From: Chloroflexota bacterium | Lineage (GTDB): Bacteria > Chloroflexota > Anaerolineae > Anaerolineales > Villigracilaceae | Direction: 5' to 3' | Assembly: GCA_016234535.1 (NCBI GenBank) | Contig: JACRBH010000246.1 | Coordinates: forward strand, 27,088 to 91,087 | DNA length: 64,000 nt | In this document: positions 39,786-48,473 of the stretch, one piece after another | How positions within the stretch are numbered: the stretch's first letter is position 1 | Layout: each line of letters opens with the position of its first letter | Position numbers and translations under genes: made by a program | The notes under the pieces: generated by a model | Database searches by the model: none | What the model saw: only the letters and a program-made list of their open reading frames with translations | Told to the model about the DNA's origin: nothing

Positions 39786-39895
39786 GGGTGTGTTTCATTT
39801 CAGTTGAAACCGTCCCGAAGGTTGGCTAAAACAACAAAATTTTCTCGACAAAACCTTCGGGACGTTCTTTCCTTCACATCATTTGAAACACACCC
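39786..39895. mobile_element. 110-bp MITE with 12-bp TIRs and 9-bp target-site duplication
   Basis: GGGTGTGTTTCA...TGAAACACACCC flanked by TAATCTTTT at 39777-39785 and 39896-39904. Confidence 0.8.
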
Positions 39896-40084
39896 TAATC
39901 TTTTGCAATTAACTTTGCCGGGTACGTTTCAGGGAATGAAGATATCCAATCCGCGCATCTGATGGAGACGCGGATGTTCTAAAATTCCCCAAAATGAACG
40001 AATGCAATTTCATGCTTCTGCCAGAGTATCCCCACTTTCGGGGCCGTTCCTTGGTGTGCATGTCATCCCCCTGCTTACAAAAAT

Positions 40085-40363
40085 TTACCCTCCTGCCTTT
40101 CGTTGAGATTCTTCACGGAGGGCAAGCATTACCGCGCGCAGGTCGAGGCCGCGCTTGCAGGCGCCGCGTGAAGCCTCCAGCGCAGAATCAGACCAAAGGG
40201 TCCGGCATTGAAGCGCTTCTTCATCATTCAACAGGATGAGCTGAACCAGACTGGATAGCGGAATATCCATATCTTCACGCGTGCCAATGTCACAATCATT
40301 ACAGGCCTGACAAAGGTAAATATCCTGGCCGGTTGCCTTCTTAACAAAGCCGCGCAATGTCAT
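40085..40363 (-). CDS. Small HdrC-like Cys-rich protein
   Basis: CQACNDC, CRTLW, GACKRGLDL resembling a degenerate HdrC; last gene of acs operon. Confidence 0.55.
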   Translation of the reverse strand: MTLRGFVKKATGQDIYLCQACNDCDIGTREDMDIPLSSLVQLILLNDEEALQCRTLWSDSALEASRGACKRGLDLRAVMLALREESQRKAGG

Positions 40364-40365
40364 GC

Positions 40366-40932
40366 TTAGAATTCATCCGTTTTCGTCCGCAAATGCAGCA
40401 TCATTAAAACGATGTCACAAAAATCGCCGTCGGGGAACATGAAATAGTCATCCAATACACACATGGATTTGAAGCCAAGCTGTTCGAAGGCTTTGACAAA
40501 TTTTGTGAAGTCAGTAATGATCTCAGCCGTTAGAATGCTCAGGCCCTGTTTGCGCGCGAGGTCTATCATGGCGCGGATCATCTTCATGCCGAGGCCGCGC
40601 TTGCGGAAATCCTTGGCGAGGAAGAGACGCATTTCGCCGACGTGGCGTTTGGGGCCGTCAAAAAAATGCAGGGATGCGCTTCCTACAACGCGGTCTTTTG
40701 AAAGGGCCAGCAGCGGCAGGACTTTTCCGTAGTCCAGATTGTCGCACCATTCCTGAATCAATTGGTGATCTTTGACATGATCGCGGAAGTAACGCAGGTC
40801 TTCATCGCTTACGGATGAATAATATTCGACAAGGCGCTGCTTGTCTTCAGGAACCATTGGGCGCAGGAGGATGTACGCTCCATCTTTGAGCGTGACCATT
40901 TCACGAAATGTTTTGATTTGTTCAGGAAACAT
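40366..40932 (-). CDS. GNAT-family N-acetyltransferase
   Basis: LKDG..LLRP, FRKRGLG motif A, FEQLGF. Confidence 0.88.
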   Translation of the reverse strand: MFPEQIKTFREMVTLKDGAYILLRPMVPEDKQRLVEYYSSVSDEDLRYFRDHVKDHQLIQEWCDNLDYGKVLPLLALSKDRVVGSASLHFFDGPKRHVGEMRLFLAKDFRKRGLGMKMIRAMIDLARKQGLSILTAEIITDFTKFVKAFEQLGFKSMCVLDDYFMFPDGDFCDIVLMMLHLRTKTDEF

Positions 40933-40953
40933 GTTCTCTCCGGGGGTGTATCT

Positions 40954-41006
40954 GTAGCGCGATATTTATGTCGCTTTACATATTGGCGACATAAATGTCG
41001 CGCTAC
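40954..41006. repeat. GTAG-type REP doublet
   Basis: GTAGCGCGATATTTATGTCGC...GCGACATAAATGTCGCGCTAC. Confidence 0.7.
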
Positions 41007-41013
41007 TTTTTCT

Positions 41014-42504
41014 TTACGCGGGAACCATTTCGCCTTTGGGTTCAGGTCTGGCGAATCCTTTTGGCAGCATATCCGCTTCGGTGACGATGCGCGGGACGAT
41101 GTCTTCCCAGCCGACGGGCATGATGTGCAGTCCGTGGATGCCTTGATTCTCGTAGCTCTTGATCTTGCGCGCGAGTTCGAGCGCGATCTGCACGCCTTCC
41201 TCTTGCGCGTTGCCTGCCTTGTCAGCAGCTTCCATGCGGTCGAGGATGGTTTGCGGCACGACTACGCCGGGCACCTGGGTCATGAACCTGGCCATCTTGA
41301 AACTCTTGAGCGGGGTGATGCCGATCATGATGTAGACCTTGTCGAGGATGTCCCGCTTGGCAAGTTCGTTGAGCCAGATTTCCATGCGCTCGATATCGTA
41401 GACGAGATTTGTCTGGAAGAATTGCGCGCCTGCATTGACCTTCTTCTGCTCGCGCAATGCCTGGAACTTCGGCTCGGACGCAAAGGGTGAGCCTGCCGCG
41501 CCGAGGAAGAATTTCGGCGGGAACTTGATCTCGCGCCCGTCAAGGTAGTGACCTTCGTCTCTCATGCGGCGCAGAATCCAGATCATTTGGATGGCGTCCA
41601 TGTCGTTGATGTCCATGCGGCCACGCGGCTGCGGCGCGAGCACGGGGCTATCGCCGGTGACGCACAATACATTTCGCACGCCCATGGCTGTCGCGCCGAG
41701 GATTTCACCCTGCAGGCTGGCGCGTGTTCTGTCGCGCGCGGCAATCTGCATGACAGGCTCCGCGCCATTCTCGATGGCAAATTTACTGCACGCCCATGAG
41801 GTCATGCGCGGAGTGGCGGAGGCGTTGTCGGTGAAGTTGATGGCGGTCACATACGGCTTGACGAGTTTGATGTTCTCGATCAATTTTTTCGTGGACATGC
41901 TCAACGGAGGCGCGATCTCGCACGCGACGACGAATTCTCCAGATTTGAATCCTCTCTCGAGATCAGAAACAGGTTCGGTGTAGGCGGGAGCGTGGTACTT
42001 GTCATCGCCCTGCCACCAGTCAGGCTGGCGCACTTTGCGGAAGATCAAATCCCAGGTCTTCCAGCGATCTTCACCCTGATTGAGGACGAGACTCTTCATC
42101 ACTTTGCCTGTACCGTTGACTTTGATGCAGTTGATTACATCGTGCCATGTTTCTTCGCCGACTTTTTCCCAATCGAGAGGCGGAAGGACTTCGAGTAATT
42201 TTTCCTCGCGTCCCATCGCAAATGATCGTTCGAAAATTTTGTACCAGATGCATGGGCGCGTTTTATCCACATAACAATGCTCGGGGGTCGAGCCGCCGCA
42301 GGGACCGTTGCGCAGTCCCTTCGGACATTCCATGGGACAGATGAACGCGGTCTCCTGCAACATGCAGTTGCCGCACATACGGCAGCCAAAGAGAGGACCT
42401 TTGAGCATGTACTCAAAATCCTCCATCAATTTATGGCTGAGCGGTTCTTCCTTGAAAGGCGAGTAGGCTGGCTGCCAGCGACGACCTGGGGTAAAGATTG
42501 GCAT
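41014..42504 (-). CDS. metF: Methylenetetrahydrofolate reductase, MetV-like domain fused N-terminally to MetF
   Basis: CRMCGNC...CPMECPKG...PCGG Cys domain; EIAPP, TDN, RDR, TGD, KVNAGAQFFQTN. Confidence 0.88.
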   Translation of the reverse strand: MPIFTPGRRWQPAYSPFKEEPLSHKLMEDFEYMLKGPLFGCRMCGNCMLQETAFICPMECPKGLRNGPCGGSTPEHCYVDKTRPCIWYKIFERSFAMGREEKLLEVLPPLDWEKVGEETWHDVINCIKVNGTGKVMKSLVLNQGEDRWKTWDLIFRKVRQPDWWQGDDKYHAPAYTEPVSDLERGFKSGEFVVACEIAPPLSMSTKKLIENIKLVKPYVTAINFTDNASATPRMTSWACSKFAIENGAEPVMQIAARDRTRASLQGEILGATAMGVRNVLCVTGDSPVLAPQPRGRMDINDMDAIQMIWILRRMRDEGHYLDGREIKFPPKFFLGAAGSPFASEPKFQALREQKKVNAGAQFFQTNLVYDIERMEIWLNELAKRDILDKVYIMIGITPLKSFKMARFMTQVPGVVVPQTILDRMEAADKAGNAQEEGVQIALELARKIKSYENQGIHGLHIMPVGWEDIVPRIVTEADMLPKGFARPEPKGEMVPA

Positions 42505-42565
42505 GGGGGACTCCTTCGGAGAGACGATGGACGGTGTGAACGATCTACTGTCTATCGTCTATGGT

Positions 42566-43489
42566 CTAGTTATTTAGATACGCATCCGCGTAAATGACCT
42601 TGTTCAATAAAATCTGCGTGGTCTTCCAAATGGCGGACTGATCGGGGTCTTTCAAATCGAAGTCTTCCATTTGCGGTTCTTCGCTGTTCGCGGTGCGTTC
42701 CGCGATCTTGTTATAGACTCTTGCAAGCGGCGTGGACATGTCTTTTGACTCGATCCATTTGATGACGTCGTTCTGCTCTTTGTCGAACGGATTCGCGATC
42801 ATCATCTGCAAACCGACGCCCATCAACATGGATAGATACACGCGATTAATGAGCGGACGATTTTCATTCGGCACAGCATTGGACACATTTGAAAGTCCGA
42901 CAGAAATTTGCGGCGCAGGGTCCCACGCATATTGCAACATGCGGACAGTTTCGATCAGGTGCGGACAATATTGCTGGCATCCGCTGGTGGTCAACACAAG
43001 CGGATCAATAATGAGGTCGCTCATGTTGAAGCCGATTTCCATCATGTGCGGGATGAGAGTCTCCACCGCAATGTTGACTCGCGCATCCGCTTCGACGGGA
43101 ATGCCGCTCGTGCCCATCGTCAGCGCGATGACCTTGGCGTTGTATTTCTTCGCCAGCGCGGGAATCTTTTCCAGCCGCTCAGGCTCCGCCGATGTTGAAT
43201 TCAAGATGGCCTGATTCTTCTTGATGGTCTTGAGCGCGGCTTCCATGCCGTCCACGTTGGTTGTGTCAATCGAAAGCGGCACATCCACCACTGTTTCAAC
43301 TGTTTCAACGATCCACGGGAAGACCTCCGCCCAATCCTTTTTGCGCGGCCCAAGATTGATGTCAACCGCCTTCGCCCCCGCCTCCACCTGCCTCACCGCC
43401 AGGTCCATGAAAAATTCGCGGTCGCGATTGGTCAATGCTTCCTTGACTTTCTCCGAAATGATGTGAATATTTTCGCCAATGATATACAT
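42566..43489 (-). CDS. acsE: Methyl-THF:corrinoid/Fe-S protein methyltransferase
   Basis: IIGENIH, DINLG, IDPL, GLSNVSN; in acs operon. Confidence 0.85.
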   Translation of the reverse strand: MYIIGENIHIISEKVKEALTNRDREFFMDLAVRQVEAGAKAVDINLGPRKKDWAEVFPWIVETVETVVDVPLSIDTTNVDGMEAALKTIKKNQAILNSTSAEPERLEKIPALAKKYNAKVIALTMGTSGIPVEADARVNIAVETLIPHMMEIGFNMSDLIIDPLVLTTSGCQQYCPHLIETVRMLQYAWDPAPQISVGLSNVSNAVPNENRPLINRVYLSMLMGVGLQMMIANPFDKEQNDVIKWIESKDMSTPLARVYNKIAERTANSEEPQMEDFDLKDPDQSAIWKTTQILLNKVIYADAYLNN

Positions 43490-43534
43490 GTGTGTCTCCT
43501 TTGAGTCAAAAGTCAAAGGTCAAAAGTCTCCAGG

Positions 43535-45478
43535 TCAATCCGACGTTCGACCTTCAACTTTTGACGATAATGCTTCCGCCACACTCGGAAACCTGCTCAT
43601 ATCCGTGTGCGGCAAAAATAACGCGGACGTGAATGCGTCGTAAAAACTATTGTCCGCAGAAAGTTCAACATAAGTCATGCGTTTTGCAATTTCGGTAATG
43701 CGGTCGCGCATACGCCAATCGAGCAGCGCGGCGTATGCGCCCTTCACCGATGTGTTCCCAAGAAATTCAAAACGACTCCATTCCATATCTGGCAGTAAAC
43801 CGATCTGCACGGCCTTTTCCACATTGATATATTTTCCAAACGACCCGCCCACCAAAACGCGATCCGCCATTTCAAGCGGGACTCCGACCGTATCTGCCAG
43901 AATGCTAAAGCCCGCGTAGATGGCGGCTTTGGCGCGCAGCAAGTTGTCGATGTCGACGCGCGTGATGACGATATCTTCACCCGATTCGGATTCAGCGCCG
44001 CGGACAATGACATACTCCCCGCCGTGCGATCCCTCCCTGACCCGCGAACTGCCTGCCATCAAATTAACATTCCCAGCCTTGTCAATGACTCCCGTCAGGA
44101 ACGCCTCTGCCAGCAGGGATATCAACCCCGAGCCGCAGATTCCCTTTGGCTTGCCTCCGCCAATGACGCGGTATGTCGGTTCAAAAGTCTCGCCGTTGAT
44201 CCACACTTCCTCAATTGCGCCCTGCGTTGCGCGCATCCCGTTGACCACGCCCGCGCCTTCAAAGGCTGGCCCCGCCGAACACGCGCAAGTGACCAACCAG
44301 TCGCGGTTGCCCAAAACGATCTCGCCGTTCGTGCCAACGTCGATGAACAGCGTGACATGCTCCGCGTGTTCCAATCCCGAAGAAAGCACGCCCGCCGTAA
44401 TATCCGCGCCGACGTAGCTTGCCACACCGGGCAGGCAATCCACCGCGCCTTCGTGATGGATGTTGATTCCGACTTCCTTGGCCAGCATCACAGGCGGATG
44501 ATTGACCGCGGTGATGAACGGCGAAAGCCGAATACTTCCCGCAGGGATTCCAAGCAGAAGATGCATCATCGTGCTGTTGCCCGCGATGGTTGCCTTCATC
44601 ACATCTTCAGGCCTGGCTTTGACCCGCTTGCAGGCGGTCTCGAGCAAATCATTGATCGTATCCAGCACGAGCTGACGCATTTCCTGCTCACCGCCCGCCT
44701 TGCCCGAGTAGATGATTCTCGAAATGACATCTTCGCCGCGCGCGATCTGCCCGTTGTATTCCGCAACCTGCGCCCGGACATGCCCGCTGACGAGATCCAC
44801 CAGCCAGAGCGAGACAGTCGTCGTGCCAATGTCGATGGCACAGCCCCAAAGCGGAGAGTAATCATCCACACGGCCGGGGAATACTTCGATCAGACGCACT
44901 GGTTTTTCGGGAAATTCCATATCACTGTCAACAACAACTGTGACACGCCATTCGCCATCCCGTAATGTTTTTCCCAAAGTTTGCAGGAGATGCAGCGAGC
45001 AAATAACTTCCGGGATATTCGCCTGAGTCCGCAGGACAGTTTGCAGGCGCGCCCAGTCGTCGGTTTGATCTTCCATTGTCGGCGGAGTCAGTTCGAGATA
45101 AACGCGGTGAATGCTTTGGTGCTGGTCAAAATCATAATCCAGCGGGACAGTGACTTCGGCAACGACTCTGTCAGTCGTGAGTCGTCGTTCGATCTTTTCC
45201 TGCGGCGGGACATTGATGACAACATCGCCTTCCACAACGCTCTGACAGGCGAGCGCATATCCCTGCTCAACATCGGCGGGTGATAACCTCAGCGTGCTTC
45301 GCCGCCGAACATTTCCACCCGTCACCAGCACCGCGCAGCGACCGCAGCGTCCCTGCCCGCCGCACGGTTGACCGATCTCAACACCTGCAAGGTGCGCGGC
45401 ATCAGACAGCATCGTCCCGGTGGGGACAGAAACGCTGGATTGTTTTTCGTTGTGGGTGAAGGAGATGGTGTGTTGCAT
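43535..45478 (-). CDS. acsV: Reductive activator of CoFeSP (RACo, ASKHA)
   Basis: CGGQGRCGRC...LACQ, DIGTTT, GEDVISRI, DVGTNGE, AFEG, FLPHTD. Confidence 0.9.
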   Translation of the reverse strand: MQHTISFTHNEKQSSVSVPTGTMLSDAAHLAGVEIGQPCGGQGRCGRCAVLVTGGNVRRRSTLRLSPADVEQGYALACQSVVEGDVVINVPPQEKIERRLTTDRVVAEVTVPLDYDFDQHQSIHRVYLELTPPTMEDQTDDWARLQTVLRTQANIPEVICSLHLLQTLGKTLRDGEWRVTVVVDSDMEFPEKPVRLIEVFPGRVDDYSPLWGCAIDIGTTTVSLWLVDLVSGHVRAQVAEYNGQIARGEDVISRIIYSGKAGGEQEMRQLVLDTINDLLETACKRVKARPEDVMKATIAGNSTMMHLLLGIPAGSIRLSPFITAVNHPPVMLAKEVGINIHHEGAVDCLPGVASYVGADITAGVLSSGLEHAEHVTLFIDVGTNGEIVLGNRDWLVTCACSAGPAFEGAGVVNGMRATQGAIEEVWINGETFEPTYRVIGGGKPKGICGSGLISLLAEAFLTGVIDKAGNVNLMAGSSRVREGSHGGEYVIVRGAESESGEDIVITRVDIDNLLRAKAAIYAGFSILADTVGVPLEMADRVLVGGSFGKYINVEKAVQIGLLPDMEWSRFEFLGNTSVKGAYAALLDWRMRDRITEIAKRMTYVELSADNSFYDAFTSALFLPHTDMSRFPSVAEALSSKVEGRTSD

Positions 45479-45489
45479 AAGTTCTCACC

Positions 45490-45572
45490 GTCATTGCGAG
45501 GAGGGTGTTCGTCCCGACGAAGCAATCTCAATTGTGCTGGGGATTGCTTCGGGCAAACGCCCTCGCAATGAC
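45490..45572. repeat. REP-like element, copy 3
   Basis: GTCATTGCGAGG...GAAGCAATCTC...GGATTGCTTCG...CGCCCTCGCAATGAC. Confidence 0.8.
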
Positions 45573-45574
45573 GA

Positions 45575-46897
45575 TCAGTTCAAAACCTGTTTCATAAACG
45601 CGGGCAAATCCACCGCTTCGCGCGGACCAACGCGGATTTCCCAGCCGGCGAGTTCCTCTTCGAGTTCGCCGGAGAGAACTGCCACATGACCGGGCAAAAC
45701 AATTCGCTTCTTATTGATCTTGCTGGCGACATCGAAGCCTTTGATGGCTTTGGCGATCCGTTCCGCATCAAATTTGCCTGCCGCCCACGCTGTCAGCACA
45801 GACATGCCTTCCGCATCCGTGACGACGAGCCAGGCGGGCAAGCCCGATCCTTCCACTTCGTTTGCAACAGAGAAGTAGGTGATGCTGAAGTTGGTCGTGA
45901 CCAGCACAGGGCTGTCTGCATTGGGCGAGTTGATCTCGTAAATGCCGGGCTGAACCTGAATCGGTTTTTGCGGGTCAGTGTAAATATTTTCGCGCAAGAC
46001 CAGCAATGCGTATGCAAGTTCGGGCGTGAAGGTATCCAGCACAACGAAGCCAGCATATTTCGCGATGGCCTGCGCCGCATAGACGGCTTCTTTCTCGGGT
46101 CCGCTTTGTCCCGCGAAGAAAATAGTCGGATAACCCAGCGCGCGTTGATTGGCTTTGATGGCAAGCCTGCGTGCCTGCGTGGAACGCGCCAGCCACTCGC
46201 CCAAATTTTTGCCGCCCAAATCCAGCACCATGTCTTCCACACCTTTGGCCTGCACTTTTTGCGTGAGGTCGGCGAACGCATCGAACGAGTCCGCTTTGAG
46301 GACGAGCGCGGCTTTGTATTTCTTTGCTACATCTGCGAGGGCTTCGTAGTTGGATGAGTTGGCAGCGTAGATCAATGCCGATTCGCCAGCGAGCAGACTC
46401 AAGGCGGAGTCAAGAAGCGCCGCGTCATCTGCGATCAAAATTAACGGACGCCTGGTCATGTTCCGAACGGCTTTCACCGCCCCGACGAAGTCCCCGCCAT
46501 CCGCTTCGACGGCGAATCCATCAACTGTGAAATCCATGCCCACGTAATTAACTTTGTAGGCGTCTGCCTTTGCAGCTTTCGCGGCGAGTTCGGGGTCAGA
46601 TGCTTTGACGCGCACGAACAAGCCGGGCTTGTTGTAAAAAGTTTTTTCGTGACGGAACATCACGACTTCGTTGCCCGCTTTGACTTCGGTGCCGGCCTTC
46701 AACGTGATGAGTCGAATCGGCGGCGCGGCGGATTCAGCAAGCTGTTTTTTGGATGCGTCGCTGACATACGGACACGAACCGAGTTCAACCTGCTTGGCGG
46801 CGAGTTTCATCGCAAAGGCGAGGCAGGTGGGAAAACCGCATTCCTTGCAGTTGGTCTGCGGGAGGAGTTTGTAGATTTGAATTCCTGATAGTGCCAT
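45575..46897 (-). CDS. acsC: Corrinoid iron-sulfur protein large subunit
   Basis: LPQTNCKECGFPTCLAFA...CP, IYTDPQKP, TTNFSITY, SVLTAWAAGKF, GPREA. Confidence 0.95.
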   Translation of the reverse strand: MALSGIQIYKLLPQTNCKECGFPTCLAFAMKLAAKQVELGSCPYVSDASKKQLAESAAPPIRLITLKAGTEVKAGNEVVMFRHEKTFYNKPGLFVRVKASDPELAAKAAKADAYKVNYVGMDFTVDGFAVEADGGDFVGAVKAVRNMTRRPLILIADDAALLDSALSLLAGESALIYAANSSNYEALADVAKKYKAALVLKADSFDAFADLTQKVQAKGVEDMVLDLGGKNLGEWLARSTQARRLAIKANQRALGYPTIFFAGQSGPEKEAVYAAQAIAKYAGFVVLDTFTPELAYALLVLRENIYTDPQKPIQVQPGIYEINSPNADSPVLVTTNFSITYFSVANEVEGSGLPAWLVVTDAEGMSVLTAWAAGKFDAERIAKAIKGFDVASKINKKRIVLPGHVAVLSGELEEELAGWEIRVGPREAVDLPAFMKQVLN

Positions 46898-46949
46898 GTG
46901 TATCTCCTTCGTAGTCGGTAATTGGTAAATGGTAATTACCACTTACTAA

Positions 46950-47894
46950 TTACACAGTAACGAGTTCCTCAATCGTATCCTTGACTCGTTTCACCGATTC
47001 AGGATGCCGCAGAACGATAATATCCGCACCTGATTCGACAAGCGCAATCGCAGTCAGTGTTTCCCAATGAATGGCGCGGGCTTTCCAATCGCCCCATGCT
47101 TCGGGCACACCTTCACCGACTTTGGATTCCTTCGCCTTCCACGCTTCGAAGCCAGGCGTGACGATCATCGGAAGTTGAGTCATTGCATCGCCCTGCAAGG
47201 CGGCGAGTCGCAGACGTTCCATCACTGAATAACCGTATTCAATTCCATAGCCGAGCGCGCCCGTTGTCGGGTCCATCATGATGCGGTCGGCGGGCAGGCC
47301 CATGTCGGTAATGAGGATGTTAAGCTGCTTGGCAAGGTTCACATCCATTGGCGTGCGCGCCTGAATGACGTGACCATTCGCCATCGCGGCCGCAACAATG
47401 GTGCGATAGTTTTTATCTTCGCAGATGCCGAGCATGAGCTTCTCGCCCTTGGTCGCTTCGGCAACCGGCACGAGCAGGTCGTTATCTTTTTCAGCCTGTC
47501 CCGGTCCCCAGACGATGAGTGGGAGTCCCGTCGCGCCTAATACGGATTTGACAACCTTGACAGCGTCGTCGGGTGAATCAGCCAGCGTCAACGCGAGGAC
47601 GATCAGGTCTGCTCCTGCTTCTTCGGCTTTCTGCGCCCATCGAGCGGGATCGTTCATCGCATCGCCCCAGATTTCCGCCAGCAGCGGCGACCAGTCGTCG
47701 GGCTTGTGCGATTTGATCTCGATGGCAATGAGCGGCTTGTTGGGAGTCGGCGCTTCAAAATGCAAGTAGGGCAGGGTTGTCTCTCCGCCGACAGTGACGC
47801 TTTTGGCGCGCGTACCGCCCTCCGCGCTCGTCCCACCAAGAGTAACTTTCTTGATGCTTCCGGGCCATTTGTCTTTTGGTATTTCGATAGGCAT
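46950..47894 (-). CDS. acsD: Corrinoid iron-sulfur protein small subunit
   Basis: VGGETTLP, DVNLAKQLN, MDPTTGALGYGIEY, MERLRLAAL, RHP. Confidence 0.95.
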   Translation of the reverse strand: MPIEIPKDKWPGSIKKVTLGGTSAEGGTRAKSVTVGGETTLPYLHFEAPTPNKPLIAIEIKSHKPDDWSPLLAEIWGDAMNDPARWAQKAEEAGADLIVLALTLADSPDDAVKVVKSVLGATGLPLIVWGPGQAEKDNDLLVPVAEATKGEKLMLGICEDKNYRTIVAAAMANGHVIQARTPMDVNLAKQLNILITDMGLPADRIMMDPTTGALGYGIEYGYSVMERLRLAALQGDAMTQLPMIVTPGFEAWKAKESKVGEGVPEAWGDWKARAIHWETLTAIALVESGADIIVLRHPESVKRVKDTIEELVTV

Positions 47895-47961
47895 TTGTTC
47901 CTCCAGTGTTTGTAGTCAGGTATACAAGTATTGCAAGTCACGTGTCTACATGTCTACGTGT

Positions 47962-48465
47962 TTACATTAATCCTGCTTTCTTCCTTGCTTCATCTCTTCT
48001 TTCAATAAATTGCTCGATCGGCGACTTACGTTCCGCCGTAAGACCGAGGTCTTTTAATTCCTTTTCATCCTTGGCCGCCATGTGACGCAGGATATGCCGA
48101 TAGGAAATAAATGCCGCAGGGTAAATGATCCCTGCGGAGTTGTGCAGCATATATGCGATTCGAATCCCCTTGTCCTTCATCATTTGCGCGGCCAGGGAGA
48201 GAGGGATATCTGTAGGCAATTCGGGCACGCCTTCGCTCATAATGTCTTCGGCGGCCAGCGTTTCATATCCTTCGCGTGCATACGCCCAAACCAGTTCATC
48301 TGCACTCACCACGCCAATGCCGTGGCCTTCCGCGTCCAGCACACACATCGCTTCGACATTCTTTTCCAAAAGGAAACGCGCAATATCAACGATGGGAACA
48401 TCCCATTTGCAGGTCGGGACTCCGACAGTCATAAGGTCACGGACAAGATACTGTTTTTTACCCAT
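47962..48465 (-). CDS. CBS-domain protein
   Basis: VRDLMT...GVVS...AEDIMS tandem CBS pair. Confidence 0.8.
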   Translation of the reverse strand: MGKKQYLVRDLMTVGVPTCKWDVPIVDIARFLLEKNVEAMCVLDAEGHGIGVVSADELVWAYAREGYETLAAEDIMSEGVPELPTDIPLSLAAQMMKDKGIRIAYMLHNSAGIIYPAAFISYRHILRHMAAKDEKELKDLGLTAERKSPIEQFIERRDEARKKAGLM

Positions 48466-48473
48466 ACAAACGC

